DNA of 63,919 nt, the filler included, from Octopus bimaculoides (Eukaryota), in NCBI RefSeq assembly GCF_001194135.2. It is 5 parts of 4 records of this genome, joined end to end, with 100 filler letters (N's around TTAATTAATTAA, not from the genome) between each part and the next. Parts side by side here need not be neighbours in the genome. Positions count along the whole stretch, not along the records: positions 59,660 to 62,762 come from NC_068993.1; positions 62,863 to 63,919 come from NW_026394583.1; 3 more parts are not named here. One strand, given 5' to 3'. Position 1 is the first letter of the stretch; every line of letters starts with the position of its first letter. The position numbers and the translations under genes were made by a program. Under the pieces are notes generated by a model. That model saw only the letters and a list, made by a program, of their open reading frames with translations, made no database searches and had not been told where the DNA came from. Shown here in pieces: positions 62,085-63,919 of the stretch.

Positions 62085-62501
62085 AGGTGTAGCATGGGTG
62101 TGTTGTAAGAAGTTTGCTTCCCAACCACATGGTAACAGGTTCAGTTCCACTGCATGGCACCTTAGGTAAGTATCCTCTACTATAGCCTTGGGCCGACCAA
62201 AGCCTTGTGAGTGGGTTTGGTAGACGGAAATTGAAAGAAGCCTGTTGTATATATATATGTGTGTGCGTGTGCGCGTGCACGTGTGTGTGTGTGTTTGTGT
62301 CTGTGCTTGTCCCACCCACCATCGCTTGACAACTGATGTTGGTGTGTTTAAGTCCCCGTAAATTAGCAGTTAAGCAAATAAGACCAATGGAATAGGTACT
62401 AGGATTACAAAGAATAAGTCCTGGGGTTGATTTGTTTGACTACAGGCAGTGCTCCAGCATGGCCACAGTCAAATGACTGAAACAAGTGAAAAAAAAAAGA
62501 A
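62085..62501 (+). mobile_element. SINE family C, full length
   Basis: Head GGTTCAGTTCCACTGCATGGCACC, central microsatellite, tail CAGTCAAATGACTGAAACAAG. Confidence 0.9.
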
Positions 62502-62511
62502 TATATATATA

Positions 62512-62735
62512 TTTCTTTCATTTCTTTTCTTTTACTTGTTTCAGCCATTTGACTGTGGGCATGCTGGAGCACCACCTTTAGTCGACCAAATCGACCCAAG
62601 GACTTATTCTTTGTAAGCCTAGTACTTATTCTATTGGTCTCTTTTGCCAAACTACTAAGTTATGGGGAAGTAAACACACGAGCATTTGTTGTCAAGCAAG
62701 GTGAGGGGGGGAACAAATACAGACACACAAACATA
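62512..62735 (-). mobile_element. SINE family C 3' half
   Basis: Reverse complement of 62300-62495. Confidence 0.88.
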
Positions 62736-63017
62736 TACACATGCATACATATATACATATATNNNNNNNNNNNNNNNNNNNNNNNNNNNNNNNNNNNNNN
62801 NNNNNNTTAATTAATTAANNNNNNNNNNNNNNNNNNNNNNNNNNNNNNNNNNNNNNNNNNNNCCTGTATGTATAGGTGCATATCTGGGTACAGGACATTG
62901 CAAACAAATATACATATATATACATATACATACGTTTAATATAGTGTTGACTACATTAAACGTATATACCCTCTACTGTATATTCAATACCATAATAGAG
63001 GATGAAGGCATCTGTTG

Positions 63018-63121
63018 TTTGGGTCGAGTCTCTCATAGTGGGCACAGAACGTCTTCAGGCAAGTTATGTTATAACTTACCTGAAGATATGGTGTACCCAC
63101 AGGTGAAACTAGAGTAGCAAG
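63018..63121. ncRNA. Inverted pair of degenerate type-I hammerhead-ribozyme-like motifs
   Basis: Plus 63075-63121: CTTAC-CTGAAGA-18nt-GAAAC-TAGA-GTA-GCAAG. Minus 63018-63063: CTTGC-CTGAAGA..CCCAC..GAGACTCGA. Confidence 0.5.
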
Positions 63122-63197
63122 TGACTGACTCACCTAAAATAAAATATATTATAAAGACATAATATATTATATTACAGTACACAGATATACACATGCG

Positions 63198-63236
<39 letters not shown>

Positions 63237-63882
63237 TTACATATATATATACCACAAGTGTGTATATGAAATATATTCATGCAAACATGTGAGTAGCACC
63301 CTCTATTGAACAAAAGCTGAAGATTGATGTTTTCTGCTTTGTGTAGTATGCCAGTCCCAACCAAAAAGCACTGAAGGTTTGAGGCCCCGCCATTAGCCAC
63401 CGTGGTATACTAAAAATTCATCATAGCCTCTACTCGGGCGGGTCCCATCTCTTGGTGCGGAGCCCATTTTGAGCAAATCTGTCTGATTGGCTTAGGACCG
63501 ATCCTGAATATGATATGTGCCCTTTATGGAGCTGAACAGGCCTTAGTTGAAAGCGGATTCACTACGTGTATTGGTAGAGTTTATCTGTTCCATGAGACCG
63601 GTGATTATTAATAATCCCTAGACTTCTGATCACTGCTACAAATAAACAAAATGCATACAGATGCACACACAAAATACACATATTATGTACATAATGTGTA
63701 TAATATATATAACATAGAACATGTTATATATAAACTCTCAAAGTTTATGAAATTCTTATATCGTCAACAATATAATATAGAGCTTTAATATTTTAGACCG
63801 CGGCCATAAGACAACGCTTTGTACAGTTTAGTACACAAATACACACACACACGCACACACACTCATGTAATTATACATACAC

Positions 63883-63919
<37 letters not shown>

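Noticed and set aside
63380-63620. Possible LINE C-terminal zinc-knuckle remnant (MCPL..GAEQ)
   Set aside because: It requires several frameshifts and lacks the conserved His/Cys, so support is too weak.

Overview
AT-rich, microsatellite-dense eukaryotic DNA from a gappy draft assembly. It is most likely Octopus or another coleoid cephalopod; this is an inference from SINE families I recognise from octopus genomes. I can support no host protein-coding gene, rRNA, true tRNA or CRISPR array, and most ORFs in the track are microsatellite or N-gap artefacts. The window is a layered record of decayed mobile elements. It holds about 30 copies or fragments of tRNA-derived SINEs (labelled here families A-E by shared sequence, not by database names), six mariner-type relics (two are fold-backs made of two copies of the same end), two hAT MITEs with 8-bp TSDs, a MULE-like MITE with a 9-bp TSD, and a Helentron/DINE-like element. 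It also holds a rearranged Penelope-like element, RTE and Tx1/L1-like LINE fragments, and two R4/Dong-like RLE retrotransposon relics sitting in different microsatellites, (AAT)n and (CATA)n. The most unusual signals are: (1) five loci with degenerate type-I hammerhead-ribozyme-like motifs, including a head-to-head inverted pair and one inside a 349-bp direct-repeat unit; (2) the same ~195-bp cargo enclosed by two unrelated inverted-repeat pairs about 1 kb apart; (3) an apparent difference in microsatellite target between related R4/Dong-like elements. All calls are by eye, with no database searches or folding run.
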